A stretch of DNA of 64,000 bases from an uncultured Planctomycetaceae bacterium (GCA_963785305.1 CAWAUV010000007.1:1728001-1792000), one strand, 5' to 3'. Numbered from the stretch's first letter, positions 10,378 through 21,919 are shown. The notes: generated by a model from the letters alone, not told the origin. Program-made: numbers and translations.

Positions 10378-11886
10378 ATGGGCATACCGCTCGGCCGAGG
10401 ATCGCGAATCGCCTTTGCGTTCACTTTTGGGGCTCTGGTGCTCAATGCGGTGCTCGGCTGTTGGACAGTTGTCGAGCTTACGCGGAGCGGACAATGGGTG
10501 GCCCACACGCATGAGGTCACGACGGTCCTCGAGCAAATCTTTTCCGAGCTGAAAGATGGCGAGGCGAGCGTGCGCGGCTATTTGCTGACCGATGATCGCG
10601 CTTTTTTGCGACCATTCCAAGCCGCGAGCGGTCTGATCGACCCCACGCTCGATTACCTCGCGGCGCTCACGGTCGATAATCCGGCCCAGCAAGCTTCGGT
10701 CCGTCGCTTGAGCGAGCTTGTTCACGAACGCTTCGATTTCCTGGCCGCGATCGTACGTGACGCCGACCGCGAGGGCGCCGACGCGAGCCTTTATCTGCCC
10801 AAGGTCATCGCCGGCAGGTCGGCGATGCAGCAAGCGCGCGAACTGGTCGACGCGATGCGCATCGAAGAGACTCGCCTCTTGGACTACCGACATCGCATTC
10901 AAGCAACATCGCGTTTCTTGGCGGTGCTGAGCGCCGTGTTTGGCCTCGGGCTCGGCGGCGCGATGCTAGCCGCGTCGATAATTTACGCGGGTCGCGAGGT
11001 GCAAGAGCGGCAGCGCACCGCCGCGGCGCTCTTGCGAATGAACGAACAGCTTGAAGAGCGCGTGCAGGCCCGCACCAACGAACTGGCCGAGGCCAATGCC
11101 CGGTTGCAGGGAGAGGTCGTCGAGCGACGGCGGGCCGAAGAAGCCGCGCGCGAACTCGCCGCGAACTTGCATCGAAGCAATCAGGAATTGGAGCGATTCG
11201 CCTCGGTGGCGTCGCATGATTTGCAGGAGCCCTTGCGAAAGATTCAGGCATTTGGCGATCGGTTGTTCATCAAACTTTCGGATGCGCTGGGCGAACAGGG
11301 ACGCGACTACCTGGGTCGAATGTTGAATTCGGCCGAGCGAATGCGGCGCTTGATCGACGACCTTCTGGCCTTTTCTCGCGTGGGCACCAAGGGGGCGACA
11401 TTTTCCACGGTCGATCTTAACCGGTTGGCCCATGAAGTGCTCGGCGATCTCGAGACCCGAATTCAAGACACCGGGGGCTCGGTCACCGTTGGCGAGTTGC
11501 CAGCGCTCTTGGCCGACGCCATGCAGATTCGTCAGTTATTGCAGAATCTGATTGGAAACGCGCTGAAGTTCCGTCGACCCGAGGCCTCGCCAGTGGTTAA
11601 AGTGGAGGGACGCCTGCTCGGCGACGCCCTGGAAGTCGACGGGCAACGTCGGAGGGTCTGCGAACTGGCGGTGAGCGACAACGGCATCGGTTTCGACGAA
11701 ACGTATCTGGATCGAATTTTCGAGGTTTTCCAACGCTTGCACGGACGCGCCGAGTATGAAGGCACCGGCATGGGACTGGCCATCTGCCGAAGAATCGCTG
11801 AACGCCACGGCGGCTCGATCACGGCCAGAAGCACGCCGGGCGTGGGCTCGACCTTTTATGTGCGCCTGATGGCCGCCGACGTCTGA
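10378..11886 (+). CDS. CHASE3-domain sensor histidine kinase
   Basis: TM, WVAHTHEV...E...RGYLLT (CHASE3), TM, FASVASHDLQEPLRKI H-box, NLIGNALKF, DNGIG, GTGMGLAIC. Confidence 0.92.
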   Translation: MGIPLGRGSRIAFAFTFGALVLNAVLGCWTVVELTRSGQWVAHTHEVTTVLEQIFSELKDGEASVRGYLLTDDRAFLRPFQAASGLIDPTLDYLAALTVDNPAQQASVRRLSELVHERFDFLAAIVRDADREGADASLYLPKVIAGRSAMQQARELVDAMRIEETRLLDYRHRIQATSRFLAVLSAVFGLGLGGAMLAASIIYAGREVQERQRTAAALLRMNEQLEERVQARTNELAEANARLQGEVVERRRAEEAARELAANLHRSNQELERFASVASHDLQEPLRKIQAFGDRLFIKLSDALGEQGRDYLGRMLNSAERMRRLIDDLLAFSRVGTKGATFSTVDLNRLAHEVLGDLETRIQDTGGSVTVGELPALLADAMQIRQLLQNLIGNALKFRRPEASPVVKVEGRLLGDALEVDGQRRRVCELAVSDNGIGFDETYLDRIFEVFQRLHGRAEYEGTGMGLAICRRIAERHGGSITARSTPGVGSTFYVRLMAADV

Positions 11887-11921
11887 CGGGCAACAAGCAA
11901 TTTTCATTTACCTCGCGGAGC

Positions 11922-12404
11922 ATGCACGTGACGCCAGAAGACATCCATCGACCGATCACGATCCTCATGGCCGACGACGACGCCGATGATCGACTCATGA
12001 CCAAGGAAGCCTTCGAGGACAATCGGCTGGCGAACGACTTGCGATTCGTCGGCGATGGCGTCGAGTTGCTCGATTATCTCAAACGCCGCGGAGCCTATGC
12101 CGCTCCCGGCGCGGCGCCCCGGCCGGGGCTGATCCTCTTGGACCTTAATATGCCCAAGATGGACGGGCGCGAAGCGCTGCGGGAGATCAAACGCGATCCG
12201 GAACTGCGACATATTCGCGTCGTGGTGCTCACCACCTCCAAGGCCGAGGAGGATATCTATCGGACCTACGATCTCTCGGCCGCGTCGTATATCACCAAGC
12301 CGGTCACTTTCTCCGGCCTCACGGAAGTGATTCGCGCAATCGGCAAATACTGGCTGGAAATCGTCGAGCTGCCCGGGGACCCGAATGTTAAGTCCGCCGA
12401 GTGA
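11922..12404 (+). CDS. Single-domain response regulator (Rcp1-like)
   Basis: ILMADDDADD, LILLDLNMPKMDG, VLTTS, YITKP, YW C-terminus. Confidence 0.92.
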   Translation: MHVTPEDIHRPITILMADDDADDRLMTKEAFEDNRLANDLRFVGDGVELLDYLKRRGAYAAPGAAPRPGLILLDLNMPKMDGREALREIKRDPELRHIRVVVLTTSKAEEDIYRTYDLSAASYITKPVTFSGLTEVIRAIGKYWLEIVELPGDPNVKSAE

Positions 12405-14463
12405 ACGCACGATCCGCGTGTTGATGGTCGACGACGACGAAGACGACTATGTCTTCGCGCGCGAGCTATTCAACGACCTGGGCGCCGAGATTTCACTCGA
12501 ATGGGTTTCGTCGTTCGAGGCCGCGCTCGCGGCGCTGGCCGAGGGGCGACACGATGTCTGCCTACTCGACTATCAATTGGGCCGCCATACGGGGCTCGAT
12601 CTCTTGAAACTCGCCGTGGCCCGGGGCAACGCCACGCCGATCATTTTTCTCAGCGGCCAAGCCAGCCGCGAGGTGGATATGCAGGCGATGCAGGCCGGCG
12701 CCGCCGACTTTCTCGTCAAGGGCGCGATCACCGCCGCCACGCTCGAACGCTCGATTCGCTACACTCTCCAGCAGCGCCGGCATGAAGAAGCCCTCCGCAA
12801 GAGCCGCGATTTGCTCGAAGATCGCGTGCGCGAGCGCACCGCGGCCCTCGAGGCCGAAATCGCCGAACGCGAGCGAGTCGAAGCCGCGCTCCGCCGCGCC
12901 GATCAACACAAAAACGAATTCCTCGCCATGCTCGGCCATGAGCTGCGAAACCCGCTCAGCGTGATCAGCGCCGGGCTCGGAATTCTCGAGGGCGAGCCCG
13001 AGCCCGATGAGCGGCAATCCACCATGGCGACCATGCAACGGCAGGTCAGCCAATTCACGCGCTTGCTCGACGATCTGCTCGATGTGTCGCGGATCATCAG
13101 CGGCAAAATCTCGCTACGGCCCGAGGTCGTATCGCTCACCGCCGCGGTGGAAGAAGCCCTGACGGCGGTCAAACCGATCGTCGGCGAACGCCGCGCCGAT
13201 ATTCGCGTCGAACTGCCGGACCACGATGTTTCGCTCTGGGCCGATCGGGCACGCATCCAGCAAGTGTTGCTCAACCTGCTGGTCAACGCCGCCAAATACA
13301 GTGATCCGGGCACTCCCATCTTGCTGCGGGCCGAGTGCGACGACCGCTTCGTGAACCTTTCGGTCCGCGACCAGGGGCTCGGCATGACAACCGAGATGCA
13401 GCAGCGCGTGTTCGATCTCTTTGCCCAGGCCGACACGAGTCTCGATCGCTCGCGGGGCGGGCTCGGGGTGGGGCTGACCCTGGTGCGGCGACTCGTGGAA
13501 CTGCATCAAGGAACGATCGCGGTGCATAGCGATGGCATCGGCGCCGGCTCGAACTTCACGCTGCGATTGCCGATCAGCGCCGCGGCCATCGCGCGGGCCG
13601 CGCGAACCGCACCCGGCAACTCCACTCGCGCGGATTCACTCCGTGTATTGGTGGTCGACGACAATTATGATCTCGCGGCCGGTATCGCCTTGCAACTGAC
13701 GCGGGCCGGTTACCGAGTCTCGGCCGCGCACGATGGCGAAGCCGCGCTCGAAAAGGCCGTGGCCGAGCAACCCGAGGCGATGCTGATCGACATCGGCCTG
13801 CCGAAGATCGATGGGTATGAAGTGGCGACCCGACTGCGGCGCATGCCTCGGTTTCGGCACGCCCTGCTCGTGGCCGTGAGCGGTTATGGTCAGCCGGAAG
13901 ACCATGCCCAGTCGATGAGGGCGGGCTTCGACAAACATCTGGTCAAGCCGGTCGACTTTCGCGAGATCCGCCAAACGCTAGAAGATTATGCCCGGGCGCG
14001 AGCCATGTCGACCTCGGCCGAGCGCCCGCGGGCAACGGCGTCGCCGCCGCGAAGCCCGAGGCCGCCGACGCGACGAACGCTCGGCGACAGAAGCTACGCG
14101 CTTGTGGTCGATGATCGCAACGACTCGCTGCTGGTCAACGCCGCCATGCTGCGGCAATTGGGCTGGCGCGTGCTCACCGCCTCCGAGGGCAGCGCCGCGG
14201 TGGCCTTGGCCGTGGCCAACACGCCCGAGGTGGTGATTAGCGACTTGAACCTGGGCGGCGGCATGAGCGGATGCGACGTGGCCCGCGCGATCCGGGGCGA
14301 AGCCGCGCTCAACGGCACGCTGCTCGTGGCCTATAGCGGCTACGATGCCCGCGAGCGGGGCGAGGAAGCGCGAGCCGCCGGCTTCGATCGTTTTCTCACC
14401 AAGCCGGTCGACATTCGCAAGCTGGCCGCGACGATCGAGCTGTTCGACAGCGAAGTCCGCTGA
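12385..14463 (+). CDS. Cytoplasmic hybrid histidine kinase REC-HisKA-HATPase-REC-REC
   Basis: N-terminal REC (VDDDEDD, LLDYQL), FLAMLGHELRNPL, NAAKY, GLGVGL, two C-terminal REC domains (IDIGLP; SDLNLG). Confidence 0.9.
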   Translation: MLSPPSERTIRVLMVDDDEDDYVFARELFNDLGAEISLEWVSSFEAALAALAEGRHDVCLLDYQLGRHTGLDLLKLAVARGNATPIIFLSGQASREVDMQAMQAGAADFLVKGAITAATLERSIRYTLQQRRHEEALRKSRDLLEDRVRERTAALEAEIAERERVEAALRRADQHKNEFLAMLGHELRNPLSVISAGLGILEGEPEPDERQSTMATMQRQVSQFTRLLDDLLDVSRIISGKISLRPEVVSLTAAVEEALTAVKPIVGERRADIRVELPDHDVSLWADRARIQQVLLNLLVNAAKYSDPGTPILLRAECDDRFVNLSVRDQGLGMTTEMQQRVFDLFAQADTSLDRSRGGLGVGLTLVRRLVELHQGTIAVHSDGIGAGSNFTLRLPISAAAIARAARTAPGNSTRADSLRVLVVDDNYDLAAGIALQLTRAGYRVSAAHDGEAALEKAVAEQPEAMLIDIGLPKIDGYEVATRLRRMPRFRHALLVAVSGYGQPEDHAQSMRAGFDKHLVKPVDFREIRQTLEDYARARAMSTSAERPRATASPPRSPRPPTRRTLGDRSYALVVDDRNDSLLVNAAMLRQLGWRVLTASEGSAAVALAVANTPEVVISDLNLGGGMSGCDVARAIRGEAALNGTLLVAYSGYDARERGEEARAAGFDRFLTKPVDIRKLAATIELFDSEVR

Positions 14464-14485
14464 CGAGGGAAGTCCGCTGACGAGG
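14452..14485. repeat. Perfect 17-bp tandem duplication spanning the kinase stop codon
   Basis: gaagtccgctgacgagg at 14452-14468 and again at 14469-14485. Confidence 0.9.
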
Positions 14486-14531
14486 CTCGCGGCGCGCCGA
14501 CTCGGGGATCGTCCACGAGATCCGTGAGCGC

Positions 14532-16562
14532 TCACGAAGTCGCTCGCCGCGGACCTTCGGCGATTTCATAGCGGCGGATCTTGCGATCGAGCGTCGAGCG
14601 TTCGATGCCGAGCTGGAGCGCCGCTTGGCTTTTGTTCCATCCCGTGGCCACGAGCGTGGCCAGGATGTGGGCCCTTTCCATGTCGGCCAGCGACGACGGC
14701 TGAAACGGCGCGGCGGCCGGCGGTCCATCGACGCTATCGCCGGCCGTGGCGAGCTGGCTGAGCGTGAGGTCGTCGGCGTCGAGATAGTCGCCTCGCGACA
14801 GCACCACGGCCCGTTCGACCACGTTCTTGAGCTCGCGCACATTGCCGGGCCAGCGATATTGCCGCATGCGTTCGAGCGCGCGCTCGGTGTACCCGCGAAG
14901 CTTGCGGCCGGTTTCGGCGTTGAACTTTTGCAGGAAATATTCGGCGAGCTCGGCGATGTCGTCGGGCCGCTTGCGCAAGGGGGGCACGAGGATTTCGATC
15001 ACACGAAGTCGAAAATATAGGTCGCGGCGGAAGCGGCCCTCGGCCACGTCTTTTTCCAAATCGCGATTCGTGGCGGCGATCACGCGCACATCGACCTTCA
15101 CCGTTTGCGCCCCGCCGACGCGCTCGAACGGATGCCCTTCGAGCACTCGGAGAAACTTGGCCTGAATCGCGGGGCTCATCTCGCCGATCTCGTCGAGCAT
15201 GAGCGTGCCTTTGTCGGCGGCTTCGAATTTGCCGATCTTTCGCTGCGTGGCGCCGGTGAATGCGCCTTGCTCATGGCCAAACAGCTCGCTAGCCAGCAGA
15301 CTTCGCGACAACGCCGCGCAGTTGAGGCACACGAAGGGGCCCTTGCGGCGCGGGCTCGAGAAATGCACCGCTCGGGCCACCAGTTCCTTGCCCACTCCGC
15401 TTTCGCCGCGCACCAGAACCGTGGCCCGGCTCGGCGCGGCGCGGGCGATCTCTTGCGCCACGGTGTTCATGATCGCGCTCGAGCCCACGATCTCGCTCTG
15501 CACTCCGAGCCGCTCGCGAAGCTGCAGGTTCTCGTCGCGCACCCGAGAATAGTTTTCCGCCAGTTCCTGGCGCCGGCTGAGATTTTCGAGCGCCACGCCC
15601 AGGGTCTCGGCCACGGCGAGCGTGAATTCGAGATCGTCGGGGTCGAGCAGCACGTCTTCGTGGGTCGAGTAGAGATGCACCAGACCCAGCGGCGAGCCCG
15701 CGTTGCGAATCGGTGCGCAGATCACGCTGGTCGTATGGACGACACCCTTGCTGTCGCGGCTGCCGAGCGTGCTGTCGCCCATCACATTGCGGGCCAGCAC
15801 CGCCTCGCCCTCGCGGAGTACGGTCGAGGCCACGAAGCTCGACAGTCGGCTGTAGGGCAGATCGGTCTTGGTCCGCGAAGCGAGCACATCGAGCGCGGCG
15901 GGTGTCGGCTCTTTCCCTTTATCTCGCGCGAGGGCAAATACCGCGCCGCCATCGACTCGGAGGCTGGCAAAGAGCCCGGCGAGCGCCTGCTGGGCGAGGG
16001 TTTTCGTGTCGCCGGCCTTGGCCAACTCGAAAGCCAGCCGGCACAGTCGCGCCGCGGCCTTGCCCACTTTGGGCGTGCCGGCGTCGTCTTCCTCGCCGCG
16101 CGGGCGGAGATAACGGGTTTGACCGCGGCGATGCGTGATCGTGGCCGAGGGCGATTCTTCATCGCCCAACACGCTCGAGTCGTCGATATCGACCGGCCCC
16201 GCGACGGTCTCCTCGTTGTCGACGCCGCGAATTCGGCCCGCTCCCGGATCGGGAAACGCCTGCGAGAGCTCATGCACGAACGCGAGTTGGCACTGGCCGA
16301 TGCGGATCACTTCGCCGGGTTCGAGCGGATGATCGCCGCGCACGATCGCGTCGCCCACGGTGGTGCCGTTGCGGCTCTCGAGATCGCGGAGCGTCCACTG
16401 GCCTTGGGAGAGAAACAACTCGGCGTGGCATCGGCTACAGCGTTCGTCCTTGATGACGATTTGATTCGTCGGCGCACGACCAATCGTGGTGGCGGCGCCG
16501 GGGACGAGTCGAAACACGTCGGTCCATTTGCCGCCTTCGCGGATCACGAGATAGGCTAACAT
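14532..16562 (-). CDS. Sigma54-dependent enhancer-binding protein, FHA-GAF-AAA+-Fis HTH
   Basis: IGR...SR.HA...D..SRNGT (FHA), GAF segment, [54 protein letters not shown]. Confidence 0.93.
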   Translation of the reverse strand: MLAYLVIREGGKWTDVFRLVPGAATTIGRAPTNQIVIKDERCSRCHAELFLSQGQWTLRDLESRNGTTVGDAIVRGDHPLEPGEVIRIGQCQLAFVHELSQAFPDPGAGRIRGVDNEETVAGPVDIDDSSVLGDEESPSATITHRRGQTRYLRPRGEEDDAGTPKVGKAAARLCRLAFELAKAGDTKTLAQQALAGLFASLRVDGGAVFALARDKGKEPTPAALDVLASRTKTDLPYSRLSSFVASTVLREGEAVLARNVMGDSTLGSRDSKGVVHTTSVICAPIRNAGSPLGLVHLYSTHEDVLLDPDDLEFTLAVAETLGVALENLSRRQELAENYSRVRDENLQLRERLGVQSEIVGSSAIMNTVAQEIARAAPSRATVLVRGESGVGKELVARAVHFSSPRRKGPFVCLNCAALSRSLLASELFGHEQGAFTGATQRKIGKFEAADKGTLMLDEIGEMSPAIQAKFLRVLEGHPFERVGGAQTVKVDVRVIAATNRDLEKDVAEGRFRRDLYFRLRVIEILVPPLRKRPDDIAELAEYFLQKFNAETGRKLRGYTERALERMRQYRWPGNVRELKNVVERAVVLSRGDYLDADDLTLSQLATAGDSVDGPPAAAPFQPSSLADMERAHILATLVATGWNKSQAALQLGIERSTLDRKIRRYEIAEGPRRATS

Positions 16563-16684
16563 GCACTGCCAATTGCCAAGGCGTGGGAGATGAAGCGGCG
16601 CGAACGGCGAACGAATAGCCCGAAAATACCTTCCTTCACCTTACAATCGTCGGCAACGGCTTCGCAAGTGGCCCCGGAGCGGGT

Positions 16685-17935
16685 CAGGGCCAATCATTGT
16701 TCTAGTCTAGCGGAAGTCTCCCGCGTAGGATGAGTGTGTACGTGCGTCCACTCACCTTCATTCTGCTGGAGATGCTTGCATGGCGACTGCCGAAGCAACG
16801 AGTCTGCTCGATTTCTTGTCGCGGATTCCCGATCCTCGTGGGCGGCGGGGGCGACGCTTTTCGCTCTCGGCCATGATGGCCACCGTGGTTTGCGGAATCC
16901 TTTGCGGCCACCGAGGTTACAAGGCGATCGCCGATTGGATCGCGTCGCAGGACCGAAAAATCTGGTGGTTGCTGGGCTATTGGCGCAAGCCTCCTTGCGC
17001 CAATGCCTTCCGTGATCTGATCCTGGCCCTCGACCCCGTGATTTTAGAGCAGTGCGTGCGAGAATGGGTCGAGTCGCAACTGGGCGAGGTTGTGGATGAG
17101 GCAAAGTTGTCCGCCGTCGCGATGGATGGCAAGTCCCTGTGCGGAGTGCTGAACGCGCACGGACGGACGGCCCATCTGCTGTCCTTGTACGACCAAGAAA
17201 CCGGCTATGTCTTGAGTCAAATGGAAGTCGATGGCAAGACCAACGAGATCACCGCCGCGCCGGAACTCTTGGAAACGATCGTCTTGAAAGGCCGCGTCAT
17301 CACGGGCGACGCCCTGCTGTGTCAGCGCGAGATCTGCCAGAAAATCATCGACGGCGGCGGGCATTATCTCCTGGTGGTCAAAGACAATCAGCCGACTCTA
17401 ATGCAGGCCATCGCCGCCGAGTTCGAGCCGGCCTTTTCCCCCCTATAACGAGAAGCAACGCCAATCCCATCTCGATGTCGCCGAAACGTTGAACAAGGGA
17501 CACGGCCGGCGAGAACATCGCTCTCTGCAAGCTTCGACCCGGTTGGCGAAGCACTTGGATTGGCCCGGCCTGGAGCAGGTCTGCCGACTCGACCGCACGA
17601 CCTGGCGCAAGGGCATTCAGACCCACGAAGTGGCGTATGCCATTTCCAGCGCGCCACGACCCAAAGGCTCGGCCGCCGACCTGCTGGGCTGGTGGCGCGG
17701 GCACTGGGGCATCGAAAACAAGTCCCACTGGGTTCGCGACGTGGTTCTGGGCGAGGACGCCTGCCGAATCCGCAAGGGCAGCGCGCCCCAGGCGTTCAGC
17801 ACGCTCCGCAATGCGGGCCTTACCCTCCTACGATCGCTAGGCTGCACCCAAATCGCCCAAACTCTGCGAGAAAACGCCGCCCGAGTCGACCGCCTCCTCA
17901 CCAGACTCGGCATCTTGAAAGAATGAGCGACCCTG
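16685..17935 (+). mobile_element. ISAs1-family insertion sequence, copy 1 (1251 bp) with 9-bp target-site duplication GGAGCGGGT
   Basis: Terminal IRs CAGGGCCAATCATT and AATGAGCGACCCTG (11/14 match); direct repeats at 16676-16684 and 17936-17944. Confidence 0.95.
16780..17926 (+). CDS. ISAs1 DDE transposase split into ORF 16780..17448 and a +1-frame ORF ending 17926
   Basis: IPDPR, AMDGKSL, KTNEI, ITGDAL.CQ, VKDNQ; then KGHGRRE.R, RGHWGIENKSHWVRDV...ED. Confidence 0.9.
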
Positions 17936-18134
17936 GGAGCGGGTAGTCTCGCAATGCCGCGTCGCGGCGCGACCGGTTCCGGCGGCTAGCCTTCGTCCAG
18001 CGAGCGGCATACGGCGGATTCTATCCGAGTCGCGGCGATTCAACACGGCCACTTCTCGTTTTCGTCGACCGGCGACTGGAACGAGCGCGTTACCGATCGC
18101 GTTCAATCCCTCGCGCATCAGCGTGGGCTCGGTT

Positions 18135-19193
18135 TCAGAAGGCGCTTTGGTCGAGCGATTGTCCGTCGCGACGGTTGGCTAGGCGGCGGTGGACTTCCGG
18201 CGAGATCGCGTAGGAAATCGGCCGGACCGACCCGTCGCACAGGGCCGCGTTCCATGTCGTGGCATGCGCGCTGCCGAAGGAATAGTAGTTATAGAAGCCG
18301 GGCGTGTCGGGAATCGGCGGGATATAGCCGCTCGCACTGTTGCCGCTCCAGCGGTTCATGTCCAAGTCGTCGCCCCCGTACATGCATTCATTGTCGCCCC
18401 AGTCGACGCCGTTGGAATAGTTGCTCGGCTCGAGATATTTCTCGCCCACGAGATAGGTATTGGTTAGTCCGTCGGTGATCGCGGCCGCGGGAATCCAGGC
18501 GTGGGCTAGCGACACGCCGAAGAATGTCCAGGCGCCGTTGGATGTCGCGGCGGGCCAAGAATTGGTGGCCGCCGCGGCAATGCTGCTCGGCCCGGCGCCG
18601 ACACTGATGAATTGCTCGCCGCCATTGATCACGAAATCGCCTCGGGCGCACATCGGCGTTGGATTGGCATAGATGAACGAGGGGTTGATATAGGGGCCGG
18701 TGGTCACCAGCCCGATCGGTCGGCGCGTCGGGCAGTTCATCACGCCCAGCGGCGTGTTCACGCGGAGCGAAATGCCGGTGGCCAAGGCCGAAAGGTTCTT
18801 GGGATAGTTGCCCGCGTCGACATCATGCAAGGCTTGTTGGTCGATGTAGGGCAGGATGTTATACAGCCACCCGCCGGGCTGATTGGGCCCGGCGCCCTGA
18901 TCGGCGACGCCGGCCCAGGTGTAACCCCAGCCGCCGGGCGGGAAGTAGCCGAGGTTGCTCTCATGTTGACAGCAGCCGAGAGCAAGCTGCTTGAGATTGT
19001 TGGCGCAGATATTGCGACGCCCCGACTCGCGAGCCGCCTGCACGGCGGGCAAGAGCAGCGCGACGAGAATGCCGATGATCGTAATCACGACCAAGAGCTC
19101 GACGAGCGTGAAGGCGCTTCGCTCGGCGACGCGGCGCGTGGCGTTGCTTGCCGCCATCGCGCTCGCCGTTTGCCGGTCCCGCGCCTTCCTCAT
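18135..19193 (-). CDS. DUF1559 (planctomycete prepilin-type N-terminal, H-X9-DG) protein
   Basis: [58 protein letters not shown]....NAALCDGSV. Confidence 0.93.
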   Translation of the reverse strand: MRKARDRQTASAMAASNATRRVAERSAFTLVELLVVITIIGILVALLLPAVQAARESGRRNICANNLKQLALGCCQHESNLGYFPPGGWGYTWAGVADQGAGPNQPGGWLYNILPYIDQQALHDVDAGNYPKNLSALATGISLRVNTPLGVMNCPTRRPIGLVTTGPYINPSFIYANPTPMCARGDFVINGGEQFISVGAGPSSIAAAATNSWPAATSNGAWTFFGVSLAHAWIPAAAITDGLTNTYLVGEKYLEPSNYSNGVDWGDNECMYGGDDLDMNRWSGNSASGYIPPIPDTPGFYNYYSFGSAHATTWNAALCDGSVRPISYAISPEVHRRLANRRDGQSLDQSAF

Positions 19194-19300
19194 GCTGATT
19201 CCTCGCTCGAAGGTCTCTGTCGGAAGACTTGCGACGCCGACAAACGCCAACAATTCGTCGATGGCGCGCGCCGGCGGCCGATGATTGCGTTGGCCCAGGG

Positions 19301-19861
19301 TCACCGCGGCTGCCAAGCGGTTCCGTTCCAGATTAGCCAACCGCCCGGCGATTGCCAGTACCACCAGCGGTCGCGGAAGTAGCGGTACCGCCATGCGTCG
19401 GGGCGGTCCTGGAGTTGGTTCCCCGCGGCGCTCGGCGAATCGTGGCGGAATCGCGGCAAGATCAGGTCTTGCAGGCCCGCGGCGCTTGAGCCCAGTGTTT
19501 GTTGACTCGACTCGCGGTCGCGCGGCGCGAGGCCCGCGCCGAAGTCGCTCGTGGTGGGAAAACGCAAACCCGCGGGCCCGGCGCCGCCAGCGCCGGGCCA
19601 CGCCGGCGGCATCGCCGGGCGAGGTTCAAGACGCGAGGCGCCCAAGTTGCCGCGCAGGTTGCCGCCTGTCAGGTCCAGATCGCCGCCGCGCGCTCCACTC
19701 ACGTCGATAGTGCCGTTGGCGCTCGTTTGCACATCGGTGCGCGGGCCGATTCCCACGGGGCCGGGCACAAGTGGGTCGCTGCCCGGCGCTTGGGCCCACG
19801 TGATCGCCGGGGCGCTCAACGCTCCGGCCAAAATAATCGCGATCCAAGGTCGCATGCTCAT
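19301..19861 (-). CDS. Secreted hypothetical protein with a Trp/Tyr-rich C-terminal motif
   Basis: Signal-peptide-like [23 protein letters not shown]-terminal [27 protein letters not shown]. Confidence 0.65.
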   Translation of the reverse strand: MSMRPWIAIILAGALSAPAITWAQAPGSDPLVPGPVGIGPRTDVQTSANGTIDVSGARGGDLDLTGGNLRGNLGASRLEPRPAMPPAWPGAGGAGPAGLRFPTTSDFGAGLAPRDRESSQQTLGSSAAGLQDLILPRFRHDSPSAAGNQLQDRPDAWRYRYFRDRWWYWQSPGGWLIWNGTAWQPR

Positions 19862-19977
19862 GGGATGGTCTCAGGGGTCGAAGGCGCCGCGGGGATCGCC
19901 TCGCTCGTCGCGCGTCGATCGCGCGACATTATTGTATGCGCCGCCGCGCTGACTTGAAACGCGATCGGGCGCTACAT

Positions 19978-21685
19978 TCACGATCCCACCGGCGGCGGCA
20001 GGGCCTCGGGCCGGGCCGCCGGTTGTTTCCGCGGGGGCGATATCGCGGGCGAGGGCGGCGGCGGCGGAACCGGCGCCGCCCTCGGCAACGACGCCAATCG
20101 CTCGGGTGGCAGGCCGGTTGTTTGCGTGACCGCGGAGGCGGCTTGCGCGACTTCATTGAACAGGTCGAGCGATGCCCGTTCGTCGGCGAGCAAGTTGTTT
20201 TGCACCGTGAGCACATTCACGATATCCAGCTTGCCGGCCTGGTACTGGGCAATGGCCTGATCGAGCTCCGTGGCCCGGGTCGACTCCGCTTCGGCCGCGG
20301 CTTGGGCGGCGAAGGCGCGGGCCCGGTCGTAGCGCTCGATGGCGGCGGCGGCTTCGTTGGCGGCGCGGCGGCGCAACTGGGAGTGCGCGAGCGTCTGTTG
20401 GCGCAATTCGGCTTCGCGCTGCGAGACAAGCATCGCCCCGTTGTTGAACACCCCGAAATCGCGCTGCAAGCGCAGGCCCAAATACCGGGTGCCGTCGTCG
20501 GCGGTTTCATAGATCGGGCCGGCCTGCACATCTTGAATGCGGGCCGAGCGCGCCAAGCTCAGATTCGCGTCGGCCACGGCCGCCGCGCTGCGGGCCGCCA
20601 TCACATCGGGGCGTGATTCGGCCAATTCGCCGGCCAGCGTCGTCGCGTCGAGTTCCACGCCGGGGTTGATGTGACAATAGGCTTCGGAAGCCGATCGCCA
20701 CTCGAAGTGGGCGAGGTTTCCGCCGAGCATCAGCGGTGTGTTCGGCGGAAGGCCCATCTGTTGCTTGAGCGAAAGGAGGGCTGTTTGATACGTGGCGTCG
20801 GCCAGTTGGCGCTGGCGGCGAGCTTGCCGGGCCGCGACACGGGCGTTGCTCACTTCGATCGAAGTGGCGAGGCCCGATTGGAATCGCCGGCCCACGATGT
20901 CGGCCATGTGATCGGCCAGCGTTTCCGCGTCGGCGGCGAGCTCGAGCAGTTGGCGTTGATAGAGCGCGGTGAAGTACAGCCGCTCGGTGAGCGCGATATT
21001 GTTCAGCTCGGCCAGTCGCACATTCCAGCGCACCTGGCCAAAGGCGGCGAGCGCGCTTTGTTTGCGGTGCATCCGTTGATGGCCGAGCTCGAAGCGTTGC
21101 ATGAGCCAGACATAGTAGTTCGACTGGCCCGCGCCGCCGCCCGGGGTAGTCGAGGGACTATAGGGAGCGCCATTGGGAAAGAATTGAGCCTGCACGAACG
21201 GGTTCCAGGGATACACGCTCGCCGTGTCGACCATCGAGGAGCTCACGTTGATCGTGCCCCGAACCGTGACCAAGTCGGGGTTTTGCGTCAGCGACACCGC
21301 GAGCACCGCGCCGAGCGAAAGCGATTCGGGCGATTCGGCCGCGGGCGCTCTGGCGGCGCCGGAAGCAAGTCGCATTTGCGCCGGGCGGTGGCGGAGAATC
21401 GCCCGCGGCCTCTTGGGCCGAGGCGAGCACAACCCCCGAATGCTCGTCGGTCCGCGCCTTGGTGGTCGCGGGCTCGGCCATCGACTGGGCGGCGTTTGGG
21501 CTCGCGGCGAGTTGGATTGGCATCGGAGTCGAGGGATTTGTCGGTGGCGTCGGAGCCGGCGATTGTTGGATGGCGACTCCGCCGGCGACGCCCATGCTTG
21601 CCGCGCCGCGCACGGTCGCGGGCGGGCCCGATTGGCAGCCTCCACCCGCCAAGACCAGCAGTAGCAGGATCGGTCGATGGTTCAC
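19978..21685 (-). CDS. TolC-family outer-membrane efflux lipoprotein; frameshift near 21380
   Basis: GTG 21685 NHRPILLLLVLAGGGC lipobox-like leader; LTQNPDL, RRFQSGLATSIEV, SRPDVMAA, QYQAGKLDIVNVL. Confidence 0.8.
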
Positions 21686-21919
21686 GTCGGTTGCAACCTG
21701 GATATCCGGGAGGACGGTGAACGCCGCGGCGCGGCATCCCCATTTGGCGGGGAGATCAAAACGCGGGAGGTCAAAAGGCAGGCGCCAAAAAAACGCGGAA
21801 TCCGGCGGGGCCTCTGGGCCGGCCATGGCCGGCGCCAAGCGGAACTTAGCCAAAAGCAGCACAAGACTCGCTGCCCTCAGATTGAGATTCGGCAGAGCGA
21901 CCGCCCATTTCGTGTTAGA

